Translations under genes and position numbers: made by a program
Notes under the pieces: generated by a model
What the model was told of the DNA's origin: nothing
What the model saw: only the letters and a program-made list of their open reading frames with translations
The model's database searches: none
Part shown: positions 36,204 to 50,289 of the stretch, in pieces
Layout: every line of letters begins with the position of its first letter
Position numbering within the stretch: position 1 is the stretch's first letter
Assembly: GCF_038025025.1 (NCBI RefSeq)
Contig: NW_027117352.1
Coordinates: 248,001 to 312,000 of the forward strand
DNA length: 64,000 bases
Direction of reading: 5' to 3'
Source of the DNA: Phyllosticta citribraziliensis
Lineage: Eukaryota

Positions 36204-38115
36204 ATGTGGTCCAAGTACGGTGCGCTTGCGCTCGCGGTCCAGCAAGCTTTTGCTGTGCCGACGCGCAGAGCCGATGCGCCCACTGCCGCGACTAAGAACG
36301 GCACATACGTGGGCGTCCACTCGGCGCAGTACAACCAGGACTTCTTCCTGGGCCTGCCGTATGCGCAGCCGCCTGTGGGAGACTTGCGCTTCCGCGTGCC
36401 CAAGTCACTGAACAGCTCGTGGAGCGAGCCGCGGACGGCCACCGAGTACTCGAACGAGTGCGTCGGATACGGGGTACGTTGAACCAAGATTCGATTAAGC
36501 TTGTGAGCTTATATCAGAGCCGCGGTGCTGGGCGCTGGGCGTCCAGGAACCAACCACTTTGATTGGGGAGAAGGAAAGCTAATTCGTCATTTGCCAACCG
36601 CAGTCCGACCAGTTCCCCTACACCGTCAGCGAAGACTGCCTGTACCTCAACGTGGTGCGGCCGTCGGGCTACGAGAACGCGTCGCTGCCCGTCGCCTTTT
36701 GGATCCACGGCGGCGGCTTCAGTCAGGGCGGCGGCGTCGACCAGCGCTACAACCTGTCGTTCATCGTGCAGCACGCGGCCGACATTGGCAAGCCCTTCAT
36801 CGGCGTCTCGACCAACTACCGCCTGTCGGCCTGGGGCTTCCTGAGCGGCGAGGAGGTTCAGGAGTCGGGCCAGACCAACATTGGTCTGCGTGACCAGCGC
36901 CTCGCCCTGCATTGGGTCCAGGAGAACATTGCTGGCTTTGGAGGTATGTCATCTTCTGACCCCCTGACGACCCCCTGATATCAAGACACTGGCTCACCAC
37001 GCATCCCCCTTGCAGGCGACGCCAGCAAAGTCACCATCTTCGGCGAGTCGGCGGGTGGCGCCAGCGTCGGCGCGCACCTCGTCGCCTACAATGGCCGCGA
37101 CGACTCGCTCTTCCGCGGCGCAATTGCACAGTCCGGCGGGCCCATCTACTACGGCCCGCTCAACACGTCGTCGGACAACAACGCCAAGTACCAGTCGTTC
37201 GTCAGCAGCACGCCGTGCAGCAACGCAACGGCGCCGCTGACGTGCCTGCGCACGCTCGACTACGCGACGCTCAACGCGGCCGTCAACAGCACGGGCTTCA
37301 CGTCGTGGGGGCTGGCCATCGACGGCGACATCATCGCGGGCAAGACGTCGCAGCAGGTGGCGCGCGGCGACTACGTCCACGTGCCGCTCGTCATCGGCGC
37401 CAACAGCGACGAGGGCACCGCGTTCGGCGCGCAGGGCATCAACACCACGGCCGACTTCGAGCGCGTGCTGCTCGCCTCGCGCGTCGCCACCAACCAGACC
37501 GCCGCGCTGCTCGAATACTACCCCGACGACCCGGCCGTCGGCATCCCGGGCTCGCCCCCTCTCGGCCCCCTCCCCGCCGACTTCCGCCCCCCCGCCCCCT
37601 ACGGGGCCCAGTACCGCCGCAGCGCCGCGTACACCGGCGACCAGTACTTCATCGCGCCGCGGCGCGCCGTGGCCGAGGCGTGGGCCGCGGCCGGCCTGCC
37701 CACCTGGAGCTACCGCTTCAACGCCATCCCCAACGGCATCAGCCAGATCACGGCCGCGACGCACTTCCAAGAGGTGGCCTTCGTCTTCTACAACCTGCTG
37801 GGCGTGGGGTACTACGGAGCGGCGGCCAGCCCGCCGCCCTTCGACGGCAAGCCGCAGGGCTACGCCGACCTGGCCGCCACCATGAGCGAGGCCTGGATCC
37901 GCTTCTTCGTCGACGGCAACCCGAACGGCGCCGCCGGCGACGAGGGCCTGGCCCAGGGCGGCGTCGCGACTGGCGCGTGGGAGGCGTATAGCGTCGATGC
38001 GCCGACGAACTTTGTCTTTGATGCGAATGTTACGAGCCATGTCGAGCCTGACACGTGGAGGAAGGAGGGCATTGCGTGGATTAATGCCCACGCTCTGGAC
38101 GTCTACTCCAGGTAG
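36204..38115 (+). CDS. Secreted type-B carboxylesterase/lipase
   Basis: Signal peptide, FLGLPYAQPPVGDLRF, SEDCLYLNV, WIHGGG oxyanion motif, GESAG nucleophile, NSDEG and ATHFQE catalytic residues. Introns at 36474-36603 and 36944-37015. TATAAAA lies at about 36060. Confidence 0.95.
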
Positions 38116-38387
38116 ATTTGTCGGCGGTGTGAACTAAGGGGGGGGCGATGTATATAGCTGGACAGACGAACAATGATAAAAGACATGGGTTTGACTGCAA
38201 GAAACCTTCTTCCATCCAAGGCTGCTGGGTTGACCGCGTCTTCCGAGCTCTTCTTTGGCGTGCCGTGTGCGTCATCTTCTGAGGAGTCGTGGAGCTGAAT
38301 TCTCCTTTCCAAATGGCTTCACAAAGAAGAGGGAAGAGGGACATGTTACGCGTGAACTGTTTGGCGAGCCACAGGTGATTACTATAC

Positions 38388-41300
38388 TCACTTCCACCAG
38401 TGAGGCGGCGGACGGTGCTTCCCATCAACCTCGACTTTCCTGGCAACACTCCAACAAGGCTTCGCCGCCAGGGGGATAGGCTTCCCCTTATTCGCCTCAC
38501 CCCTCTCAATCAGCTTCCTCTCCCACACGCTCGCCGAGTCCATGACCTTGCTCCTCTCGCCCTTGCTGCGTCTCACCAAAGTCATGTCTCTCTTCATGCC
38601 CTTGAGCAAAGCCAACTTTGCCGCATCCGTCACCTTGTCGCCCTTCAGCAGCGAGCGGACCTCCGTCTTCGTGGCTCTGAGTGCGCGTCGCTCTTGCTTT
38701 CGCTGTTTCCACCGCTTCATGGCGCTCTTGAACCACGTCCGCCATCTGCCATTGAGAAGCACCTTCTGGTAGCTCTCTGCAGGGCGGGATCGACTGCATC
38801 CGAGGACCGGAGTGCGCGACCAGCGCAGCAGGTCACGCGCCGGCAGCGCTGTATACGTGCGATCGTTCCACTGCCGAGGGTAGCGCTCGGCGGCGTTGCG
38901 GCCGGGGCGGACGTACTTGCGGCGGACCGGACCAATGCGGCGAGGAAAGTCGTGTTCAAACAGGCCGGCGCGGCGTACCGCTTCGACTGTGCTTGGGCCG
39001 TAGCGATCAAAGAAGCCGGCGGCGTCCCAGCGGCGTCGTGATTCTTGGATGAGGTCGCCGCGCCAGGCGTGTATCAAGCGGCCAAGCTCCTGTTCGACGT
39101 ACTCTCCTTCCAGGGGGCGCACGAACTTCTCAAAGATCCAGGAAATCTTCTTTCGCGACACCCATTGATGTTGCTGCAGGGGCGCTGTAATGCCTGAGCG
39201 TACAAAGGCCTTGGAAAGGAGCGGCGACAGTGGCAACTTCATGTCGAGAAGGTAGCGCCAGCACCACCAGACGTTGCGGAAGCGAACGCGAGGGGGAAGA
39301 ACGTTGGCATCTGCCCAAGCAAACGCAACAAAGTGGACCATTTCAGAGCGAAGCAAGGCCAGTTCATGCTTCTTGGCTGCAAACTCTTCCTCAGAGAGGA
39401 TTCCCTGATGGATCTTGGGCCAGCGATTCATGAGTGCAAAAAACTCCTCTCGCTTCAAAGCACCATGCGCAATGAGGGCGAGAGGCAAGTTCGGACACAG
39501 GCTGACCCACATACCAGGAGTCTTTTGGAAAATCTCGAGTGCTCTCAGAGGACGTTCCTCGGCAATGGATTCGATTATGGGTGCAAGAAACGTCGGGTTT
39601 TGCAGGAAAATGTCTCGAGTGGTTAATCGATGCATGAGTCTGAGAATCTCTTCAGGGCCGTGTCTTTCAAGAAGCAGCCTCATGGCCTTTTCCATACCAG
39701 TTTGGCAAACGATTTCGAAATCGGCAAAGAGGCGAAAGATGAGCTCAAACATCTTCGTGTCGTCGTATCCGTGGAGCTTATTCATTATGCGGACTCCTTG
39801 TTCAAAGGCGACCTTGAGTTTCGCGTTCTGAGCATCCCAACGACCCAGCGAATCTTGTTCCTCGGCATATCGCGGCAGCCAGGCCCGCAGCCATCCTCTT
39901 GCCAGATTCACAGGGTCTGTATTATCGAGGTGCTGTGCAGCAACGATGGGATCCGTCCGGTCAGCTAGTGCAGGTATCACTTCAAAGACTTTGAGTCTGT
40001 AGGATGGTATGTCCGGAATCAAGCAGTGACGAGCTCGAGAAAGGCAGCTGATCCATGCTGGTAGGAAATCATTGCTCTGCAGGTCAACCCGATCATCCAA
40101 AAGCTGACGAGTAGCAGCATTCATGACCCATTGAGCTTTGGTATTTGGGAGAGAGTCGACGACGCTTGTCACGGCCTGCCAGTTGAGACCGCTGGAGGTC
40201 GTGGACTCTGATGGCTCAAGGCCGACCAGCTGGCGGGCCCATGACGCGAGAATGCATTCGGGGGACTGGGCCTCTAGAGGCGACACAGTGACGGGCCAAG
40301 CTGAAGTGTAGAGCTGCAGTCGGAATAGCCAAAAAACCGTCTCGGGACGTTGCACCTGTGGTCTCTGACGCTGGCGGGCGCTGGTCGGCAGCGCATCAGG
40401 AATTGACACAACGAGCTCCGCCACCTTTCTCACAGTGCCCTTGTCTATACTTTCCCAGGGCAGGGCCATTTTTGTGCGTAGAACCCGCCATATGTTCCAG
40501 TAGGCCATGAAGAGCCAGGGTTTCGCTTCTCTCTCATCATGCTTGAACGAGTTGTGGCAGACTGAGGGTAGCAACTCCAGCACATCGGACAGGTCGCTTG
40601 CAGAAAGCTGTCCACGTCGACATGCGAATGGCAGGACCTTGGAGACAAAGTAGTCGAGGTTGTGCGACGTGGAGAAACCGGTGCTTGCCAAATGCTGGAC
40701 CGCCTTTTTGACGATTCCGGACTGCATGTCATCCTTTCGTAGAGCTCGCCAAATGTTCCAGAAGGCCTTGAGGAGCCATGACTGTGACTCTCTCGCATCA
40801 TTCTCGAACGATTTATAGCACACTGATGGCAGTATTTCTAGTATCTCGGATAGGTCGCTTGCAGAAACCTTTCGGCGTTGACACGCTGATGGCAGGAATT
40901 TGGAGATAAAGTCGTCGAGGTCGCGTGACATTTTGAAGCCGGTGCTTGCGAAATGCTTGGCCACTCTTTTGACGATTCCCGCCTCCAGAGTATCATGTGG
41001 GTTGCGGAGGACGAACTTGAAGAGGTTCTTGTGACCATCTCGACGACCGGCAACGGTCAGGGCGATGAAGTGGTCGCATGCAACTTGGCTGAATATGGCT
41101 TGATCCTCGGGCTCAATCTTGAATTTTTTCATGTGCTTCAAGGCAATGACGGGCCGCTTGACTGGTTGCAAACGCTCTCGAAATTGTTCCACGGGGTCAT
41201 ATTCGACAAACTGAAGGTCGGGTATCTCGAAGGTGGGGGCTGGTGTTGGGCAGACGTCTACTTGCAGTGCACAGTGAGAAGCAGGGCATGGGTGTTGTCA

Positions 41301-41676
41301 AGGGACTGAGAATACCAGGAGGTGTCAAAGATTGGCCCGCAGGGCGTGGAGGCTCCCACCTCCAGCTCTTTTCAATTGGCGTGCGGGCTGCGGACGGACC
41401 GCCGAACAGAGCGCCGAAGTCTGGCAGTGCGTCTGGTGGACCTACGGCAGAGGATAGACCACCCATTCGACGTCCTGCCCGCCGCCTCCTGGCTTCCAAT
41501 GGGCCTGGGACATTGCTGCCGAAGCGCTTGCTGCCACAGCGTCTGGCGGCGTCGGAGACGTTTGTGTATCGTTGTAGGGCATCGGCGAGGGCATCATCCG
41601 TGATCCAGAGAGCTTGAGAGTTTCGAGGGACAATTGAGTGCGCCGCAGCCCGGCACGCGCGAGGAGTAGGGCGCAT
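38388..41676 (-). CDS. Large uncharacterised protein (about 1075 aa) with basic, presequence-like N-terminus; possibly mitochondrial
   Basis: Exon 1 MRPTPRACRAAAH...GSNVPGPLEARRR is spliced (intron about 41258-41315, GTATTC...TAG) in frame to the 934-codon ORF. The protein is helical and contains an internal tandem duplication. Confidence 0.8.
40462..40983 (-). repeat. Intragenic tandem duplication, 261-bp period (87 aa)
   Basis: Shared anchor ACGATTCC at 40711 and 40972. The peptide GIVK..HxASTGF..SASDLS..LPSVC..WNIWR occurs twice. Confidence 0.9.
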
Positions 41677-43813
41677 CAATGGCAAGGAAAAGGTGGCATG
41701 AGGTGTTGGGAGGGCGCGCTGCTTGGGACGACGTGGAGTAGCATGGGGTCGTGTGGGGTGAGGTCCGATTAGTCAAGACGTAAATTACAGACATGAGCCA
41801 ATCACAGTCGACGCAATGTAACAGCACAACGCCTGCCTTGGAATGTCATGTTTGTCTGCCTTGCACCAGTCGTGTGTGGACTGTGACTTGTGAAGGTCGT
41901 GGCGAGGCTTGAGCATGCAGCAATGCACGTAGAGAGATATAGGAGAAGGGTTGCTATTTATGTTCAAGCCAAAGCGTGCCTGAGGCGCATGGGAATTTCG
42001 GTAGCAGTCAAGCCACGACCACCTGGCTCCTGTGGCTGGGCTCGTGGGAGACGGATACGATGTGCATTAAAATCAGAGCCCGTAACGGAGACGAGACCGA
42101 GTTGCACAAGGCTTGACGTCTCGACGCGCGGCACAGCGAGTCGACGGTGGGCTTTCTTTTCCAGGACATTGGAAGCTTTATTGACTTGTCGCCAACGCTC
42201 GCCAAGTCCGAGTCAAGAAGTCAATCAGCACGAGAATCACAAGGCCAAGACGCCGTGCGTAACATGACAGCCTCAGAGGGATTCTTGAAGGATGCCAAGG
42301 CAAGAGGGAGCAGTGGGCAGTGAGCAGTGAGGAGTGAGCAGTGAGCCAATCAGGATCGGGGTTGCGGAGGACGAGTCTAGACTGTGGAAATATGGAGAGC
42401 CCCCGCAAGCACGGATGGCGTGGAGCGAGAGGTCTCAGAATTGACGACGGACAAGAGGACGGGCGAGTGGCTATTGGTGCAGAGGGACGGGGATTGTGAG
42501 GTTGATGTGTTGACGGCGTGCAGCGGGTGGGTTCCCTGCGAGGTGGGTTGGCAGCTCAACGGCGAAAACGGTCGAGGGACGGTTACGTGGCGGGTCGCGG
42601 CTCTGTTATCCTTTTGGCAAAGGCTGCAGGCGGCCTGAAGATGTACAGATGGATGTTTGTGAGAGTGGGATACGGGTATGGACATGGAGAATGACATGGA
42701 CTGGGACCTGAGGCAGCGGGCGGCAAGGACGGAAACGGCGGGCCGCGCTGATTGGGTGGCGGGTTGATGCTGGTAACCGTCTAGCGGCTCCCAAGTTACG
42801 AGCGACAAGCTACTGTAACGGGCAACGGCTGGCGGGCTGGCGGGCTGGCGGGCGGGCGACGCGACGTTGGAGAGAGCACGCTGCTCGAGGCCGTGTGCTC
42901 GCCATTAATAGGATTGGGGTGATTGGGATGCATCGCATCGCATCGCATCGGGTCGGACGAGGGTGACGGCGGAGGACACAGGACACAGGACACAGGACAG
43001 CAAGGGGGGCGCGGGCGGCCATGGGCGCGTGCGAAATTGGCTGAGATGCTGGCTGACTAGGTCTCCTGAAGGTCACGGACACCACCACTGCCCTGCCCTG
43101 CCCTGCCTGTTCCGTCCCCGACCGTCGACCCTCACCTGCACCTGCACCCGCTGTCGCTCCTTCGTCAACCGCCTTTTTCCCAGCCCACACCACACACACG
43201 CACACAACACCACTCTCGCTCGCTCTCGTCCTCGTCCTCGTCCTGGACGACCACAACCCGACCTCGCCTCTCGCCGCCGGCCACACTCTTTCGTCGTCCA
43301 TTCCTTGCTGTCGTCTCCACTCCGAAATCGAAAAGGGGGTCCTGCCAAAAAAATATCCCCTCCGCTCCGGCCGCTGAAACATCAGCATTCCACACCTGCA
43401 ATTCCAGCGCCTGGCGTTTCAGCCTCCTCCAGGCCGACCCATCTCCCTCCATCCCAAGTCCTGTCCTCGACGTCCTCCCTCACTGCCTGAACCTTACCCT
43501 CTACATCCCAAACACCAACACCTCCACCAACCCTCAACCTGATCCTCTCCCGCTCGCTCGCGTGGTCGACGCTGCTCGACCCGACCGCCGTGTCCGTCTC
43601 CACCCACCCGGCCTACTGACTTACAACTCCACTCCTCGAGACCAAGGGGCCAACCACTGCCTCCTGGCGTGCGAGCGCGACTCTACGCAAACTGCGGCTC
43701 TTCTGTACGCCGTCTGCCAATCACCGTCGCTCGCCAGCAAACTAACCTCGCCGACCGCAAGAATTTCGTCCACCTCGCTCCCTCTCCAGCTCCTACGCCA
43801 TCCCTCTCACACC

Positions 43814-44783
43814 ATGGCGTCGAGGTTCTTGCTCGCCGTTGCGGCCGCCGCTTCGCTCCTCTCATCCGTCATCGCCGAGCCCATCGCCATCCCGGATCCC
43901 TCACCCGCTGGCGTCACCCAGACCTCCTCTCCCACCTACACGGGCGCCCTCAGGTCCATGACCTCCAAGGGATGCTTCTCTTCAGAAGAACCCCTCGAGG
44001 ACCACGGCTACTACATCTACCAAAGTCAGGGCAACTGCCAGTCCGTCTGCGTCGGCGCCCAGATGGAAGTCATGGGCTTGGTCAACGGCACAAACTGCTT
44101 TTGTGGCAACAAGCTCCCTGCCAAGAGCACCCTGGCCGACGACGACAAGTGCAACACGCCTTGCAGCGGTTACGACAGCGACAACTGTAGGTTCAGTGTG
44201 CCAATCGAGGCTCCACGTGGCTGACGTTTCTCAGGTGGTGGTAAAAACTACTGGCAGGTCTACCTCTCCGGCTTGGACAGCAACGAGGTCGACTACTACG
44301 ACGGCGGCTCTTCGTCTTCTTCCTCCCTGTCCACCAGCACCAGCGCTGGCACCCCCGTCGTCGTGACTGCTGGAGGCCAGACCGTCATTGTGACCAAGGG
44401 CGCGGAAGCTTCCAGCAAGAGCTCTGGCAGCACCGCCAGCAAGGCCGGCATCGCCGCGGGCGTCGTTGTCGGCGTCGTCGTTCTTACAGCTGTAATCGGT
44501 GGTGTGCTTCTGTTCCTGCGCCACAAGAGAAGAAAGGAAATCGAGGAAGAGGTCCGCCAGCGCCAGAGCGTCAACAACTTCGTCGCCGGTGGCAAGGTTC
44601 CTGGTACTTCGTCGCTAAACGACACCATTCTGGACCCGGCATTCGCGCGGAGGATGAGCAACGGCAGCGTGGCCGACAACCAGGACTACTCGAGAAGGAT
44701 TCTCCAGGTTGGTGCATCCACGACGACCCTTATCAACATTCTTGCTAACCCGGTGACAGGTGAGGAACCCTGACGATGACTAG
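43814..44783 (+). CDS. WSC-domain cell-wall integrity sensor (Wsc1-like)
   Basis: Signal peptide, WSC Cys pattern (GCFSS, SQGNCQSVC, CFCGN, CNTPCSG, CGG), Ser/Thr stalk, TM and C-terminal DYSRRILQVRNPD. Introns at 44187-44234 and 44708-44759. Confidence 0.92.
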
Positions 44784-46463
44784 ACGACCGCGCCGTCATG
44801 ATTACGAATCCCCTCGAATCGTTCGACTTTTCGCTTTCCTACGCGCGCCTGGGCGGCTGTTCAAGTCTCGACCGTACCTTCAGCTGTCCCGTCTCTTCAT
44901 CCCCCTGTCTTGGCTCTCTGGATCGAGCCGGCGACAACACAAGAAAAGTGGAATTCTCGTACCGCGAGGCTCCACTTTCGGAAGCGCCGGCAAAATATAC
45001 CCCTCCTCGATTCCACCGACCGCACGACTTCGCGTGCTCTTCTCTGTGACATATTTCAAGGGTCTTTTTGTGTTTTGGGGTCCAAGGAGTTGGACATTGG
45101 GAAGCGACTCACTCGGATTCGGAACGCGGCCTCTCCTTTCGCTCGACTTCCCAACTTTTCATTTGATTCTACTACCACGGGACAACGTACGTGCCACGTG
45201 CGGTACGGTACGCCCACCCGCCCTGCCCCTCTATCGCCACGGACGACCCCGTGTTCGGTGTGGAAGTTTGCTGTCGCTCGACGCCGCGCTCAGCGGAAGG
45301 CCCAACCCCAACTGATGCCCGGCCAATCGACGAAGCGAAGAAAATTCGTAAAACACCCAACTACCCCCACCCGTGAACTTTTTCCTCTTCTTTTTCCTTC
45401 ACCTTGCATTCTCACACAACACACACACCATGGAGGTGGTGGAAGTGGCCCGAGGAGTGGTTGTTGGGGAAAGTGGCTGGTACACCCAAAGCCTGAGCCG
45501 CCCTTTTTCTCGGCTGCATTTCGAGAGCCCCTTGCTTCTTTTTTTTCTGTTCTTATATTAATCTCTACTTTGCCTTCTACTACCCACTGGCCCTCACAAG
45601 TCCACTTCTCATCGCATCCCTCCTCCACCTCCTTTTTCTTCCAAGTCGGTAGCATGGTGTCGGTAGCAGAGAGAAATGTTTCACACGGTGCGGATTTTTC
45701 CAAATTTTCCTTTGCCACAAATTCCACAAATCTACTGTTGTTGCTGCGGTGCGCGAGAGACCGTCACCAACGCCAAAGAAGAACCACCCCCAAATGCCAA
45801 AAAAAATTCAAGGAATTCAAAATATTTCATTTCATGAGATCTATCACTCTCTCTCTCTCTCTCTCTCTGTGTCTCTTCCCCTCCAGTCATGTGTGTCCAT
45901 GTCTATCTGTCTGCTCTTCTTGGATCTGAATCTAGTCAGAAGAAGGCGGGCGGGCGGCCGCTTTTCCTTGGTGTCGTCTGTCTTGGTCTGTCTGCCGCGT
46001 CTATCTAGCGCGTCTCTGTCTGTCTGCTCTCTTCCCTTGGAGGCGCGGGGAATTGCTGAGTTGTGTTGTGCTGATGTTGACGAATGGCCGTAACAGCGGT
46101 AGTCGTGAGACAGGGAGTGTGTGAGATGGCAGTGAGTCAGTCGGTCGTAGTCGTAGTTGTAAGTTTCTAAACCTTAGTGCGCATGATGCTTGGGTAATGT
46201 AGTAGCTTGGGTGGCAGCTGAAGCGGGGCGGGACGAACAGCACAGTCGAGTCGGACAGATGTGTGATGGGGCTGGCTAGGTAGGCTACATGGTAGCGCAG
46301 GTAATCGAATCGCCAAACGATTGACAAGCAAACATGCCGTCCAACGCGTGTACTCTTGCAGATGACAGGCGTAGCGCAGCGCAGCGCATCAGATCGCTCC
46401 AGACAACAATCGCTTCGTTCAGGGCTAAAGCGGACCCTGGACCCTGAGCGAGATGTTGGGTCC

Positions 46464-46685
46464 CTACCTACCTACCTACCTACCTACCTACCGACCCGAC
46501 TACTAGTCTAGCTAGATAGACCCCTACATGGACGCGAGACAGACCCTGAACCGCACCAAACCGATCGGGATCGGATCGGGAGCAAATCGTCCCTGAGCTG
46601 AGGCTGAAGTGGCCTAGGTAGGAAGGACATGCAGGCAGGTAGTGTGGTAGCAGCTGAAGACGAAACGAAACGAAACGAAAACGCC
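46464..46685. repeat. Simple repeats (TACC)n at about 46464-46491 and (GAAAC)n at about 46660-46685
   Basis: Visible tandem runs. Confidence 0.8.
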
Positions 46686-47268
46686 TGAAACGCGAAACGA
46701 CCACCTACCTTTTCTAGACGTGTGTGTGTGATGCGGGAAGAGATGTTTGACAGGTCGGTCGGTCGTCGTTTGGAACGGCGGTTGCGTGTGGTGTGCGAGG
46801 CCGCGCTGTCGTGAGTTTGACAGATATATTCTTCACACGTCCACATATATACATATATCTCTTCGTGTCTGGTGCTGGTTATCAATCTAGGTTTTTGCGA
46901 CGGATTTACGCGCGCGTACCCACGTTCTTTGTGGGTGGGTGAGCAGGCAGGCAGACAGGGAGGTGTCGCATGTGCTTCACGTCATTGGAAGAAGGGGAAG
47001 GGGAACGGGTGGTTGCGCCGCAACAGAAGCTCTCCCCTCGTCGCAACACTGCCTGCGGCGGCAGCGCAGATTCAACCATCGCACGTCCACACATGATCGA
47101 AATCCACATCGGCTGCTGAAACATATTTATTTCATCGATTTTTGTCGTCTACTCGACGCACCTAAACCCATGTGCGCCCCATAATCGTCGTCATCGGCAT
47201 CGTAAAAGCAGGGAATCTCAAAGAAAGAGCCAAGGAAAAGCGACAAGAGCAAAAGGCGCTCGAGGTGG

Positions 47269-47661
47269 CTAGTTCGAAACCTTGTCCGGGACGTTCTTGC
47301 CCGTCACCTTTTCGAATGCGCCGCGGGCGGCGTCGGTCTGTTGTGGTAATTGTTAGCTGCCGTCGAGTGCTGGAGGAATGGGAAGACTGGTGGTGGAGGC
47401 TTACGATCTTCTCGTTGGTGTCGCGGTTCTGCGGGAGGCCGTACTTCTTCTCCATGGAGTCGAGGCCTGTTGGGTTGGCTTGTTAGCAATGGCTCTGCTC
47501 TCCAAACTTGATGTGATTTTGTCCAAGAAGGTAGGTAGAGCGAGTGGAAGTTGCGTACCCTTGTCAACGTAGTCCTCCTTCTGCGCGCTGTTGCCGGCCG
47601 TGTTTTGCGTGGTGCCTGAGCCGGAGCCGGAGCCAGAGAGCTTGTTCTTGAGAGCGTCCAT
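47269..47661 (-). CDS. Small (77 aa) hydrophilic conserved fungal protein
   Basis: Three exons (47559-47661, 47405-47466, 47269-47337) with canonical introns give MDALKNKLSGSG...EDYVDKGLDSMEKKYGLPQNRDTNEKITDAARGAFEKVTGKNVPDKVSN. Confidence 0.85.
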
Positions 47662-50289
47662 GATGGTGGCGGATTGTGCGAGGAGTGTTGATAAGGTTGA
47701 GTGTTGAGAAGGTTGAAAGGAAGTCGATTGGCAGGGAATGGTAAATTGGAAAAGTGGTGGCAAGGACGGACAGATCAGTCTACTTATACCCCGCACGCAA
47801 CAGGGCCGACAGGGAAGGCAGGATTTGGTCAAAGGAGCTGCCCGGCTGAGAGCTAGCTACCTGGTAGGAGTATGGTACCGCAAGGTTGCTGACTGGGTCC
47901 CTGCCCGTCGCCGTGATACTGTAGGTACGTACCTACGTACCGGTAGCGTGCCCATTTCATCACTGGTGACGGCAAACTTGGCATGGATAGGGCAAAGGCC
48001 GGGCGGCCACTATTCAACCGGCCAGCTTGCCTGGGACTCTCCCTCCCTCTACTGCTGTCCTCAGCGCTGCAGGGTACAGCAGCTCCTGCAACCTTGATTC
48101 CACGACCGCCATCCCGGACGGTGAGCAGATGCGCCCACGTCGTTGGTCGGCCAGCTGGTTGCGGAGCGAGGTAGGCCTGACTACTCGATGCCTGGGTGCC
48201 CGCCATCGCACGGCGGCCGATTTGGTGGGCGCCGGGATCCTGCCCTGCTCCCGCCGTGTCTGGCGTTATCTATAGGACGCGGCGATGTGCTCCCAGGAAC
48301 GCAGAAACACGCGCAGAGTTCTGGCGTCGTTCTGGTGCCGTCGTGGTGCTCACCTCATCCAAGTGCTCGCGCGGCGGCGGGGGCGGGTCAGGCTGGGTAG
48401 GTGACCATGGCCCTGACGTCATGCCGTTCCATGGATCCTGCGCAGACCCTGCGTCGAAACCAATGTAGGTAACTCTGCCAAAAGCACCAATCGAATGACG
48501 TGGGAGCCATCCGCTTCGAGAGCAGCCACTCGGACGTACCGCTCTCTATCTCACCACCTTCACCTGCCGCAGATTGCGCTGCATTCCAAGGTTTGAGCGT
48601 GCCCTCGACCAAAGGCCTGGCCCGCGTCTACTGGTCGACGAGAGCGTGCCGTCAGACGCCATTGGCCATGTTGGAATCGGAGGTTGAGCTTAGCCTTTTG
48701 CGACTTGTACCCGCCATTTGGCGAGCGAGGATGCGCCGGGCCACTCGTGGACAGCTGGATCCTTCCACGATAGCTTCTTCCTCTTGCCCGCTTGTCGCAA
48801 CCTGTTCCCATCGACAGCTTAATCACCAAAGTCGCGTCATCGGGTAAAAGAAGCTCGACAAAGTTCGCTTCCTCAATTTAGCCCGCTCGATCGGCGCCGG
48901 CGCCAGCTGAAACATTTTCGAGTCCAATCATCTGTTGAGCGGAATCCGTGGATCGACGGGAATCGCCCGTTCCCGTTGTCAGGGCACAACACGCTCGCAC
49001 AACGTGGCAGAGGATCTGGTTGAAAGTGTTTCAGGTTCTTCATCTGGCCACTGTTGGTTCGTCGTTTGCCAAGTTGGCCTCTCAACTGCAACTCTTCTGT
49101 CCTCTTCGCGCCGTCCGTTCTTTTCCTTTTTGGGAGAGCTAGATGCTGTGATACATGTATATAGTTGCGCTTGTCAAGTTGAGTTCCATCTGCTGTAGAA
49201 ATGAATAAAATGCTCCAGAACATGAAGCAGGACTTGCCCGTCTTGAGGCTTTGGGGGCGCAGGTGTGGGGAAGAGTTGGCCATGGCTTCAACTGCTCTCC
49301 AAGGCTTGAGGAGGCCTCAAAGAAGAGACGAGGTGGGTTTTTAGTACAAGCCAACTTTATCATCCCTGATTGAGACTGGAATTTCAAAGTCAAGGCCGGC
49401 GTGGTGATTGAGTCGAAAGTGCAGACAGGCTATATGAAATTGTACCTGGCCTAGCTGTTGCAGACCATTCGACCAAGGTGTTCGTTGTGGAGTTCTTGGT
49501 GATGGAGTGCCTCCGCTGGAGCAGACGGGAGTCTCGCGCAGCTAGTCCGTATTTGGTTAGTCCAGGCTCATGCGCGTAGTCACCACTCCCACCGCGACGA
49601 CTTCATCGCCGTCGTCGCCCCCGACCTCTCCTCTCAATCAATCAGATTTCACTCCTTTGGCCGTGCCTGGTTTTTCCGATCAGGCGTTGCGCACCAGGTT
49701 GGACTTCAATCGGCCATTGTCCTCAGCACCTTACAGAGCCCGAGCTCTTCCTTATTTACGCTCCTTGGATGGTCGTTTGTCAACAGTATCGCTTGCAATT
49801 GACCCACGCCTTTGCCGCCAGCCCCACCCCAACGCCGCCCGCGACGCAAGCCTTCCGGTTTCATTGGCGCGTTCGAAGCGCTCATACACGCATCTTACGC
49901 TGATAGCCACTGTGCCTCAACGCCACCCTCCTCCGAGCTTTGAATGACTGCTCATCCGAGGCGCCACCCAAATTCTAGCAAAGGCCAATGTCTGTTCGCA
50001 ACGAGCCGCTCTGCAAAGGACGATCCTGAGCAGGCCATGTTTGTCGGGCTATTCTAAACAGACTCCCTTGTCTTCACTCTTGCCAGGCCCGCTCATTGAG
50101 CCTCCAAGGTAAGCCCCTATTCAGCACAGCCGGCTCTGTTGCACCTATGATATCCGAGGGTACAGGAAGGTTGCGCTACTTAAAGTTGATCGTCGTGAGT
50201 CTTTGATCCCTAGCATCAGCCAAATTTCTTCTTTCGCCTTTCTTGTTGTGGCACAGAATTCAACCACACAAGTCCTCGATCAACCGGCG

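Noticed and set aside
44910..45929. 339-aa ORF downstream of the WSC gene
   Set aside because: It has low-complexity, pyrimidine-rich 3'UTR-like sequence with a (CT)n tract and no protein features.
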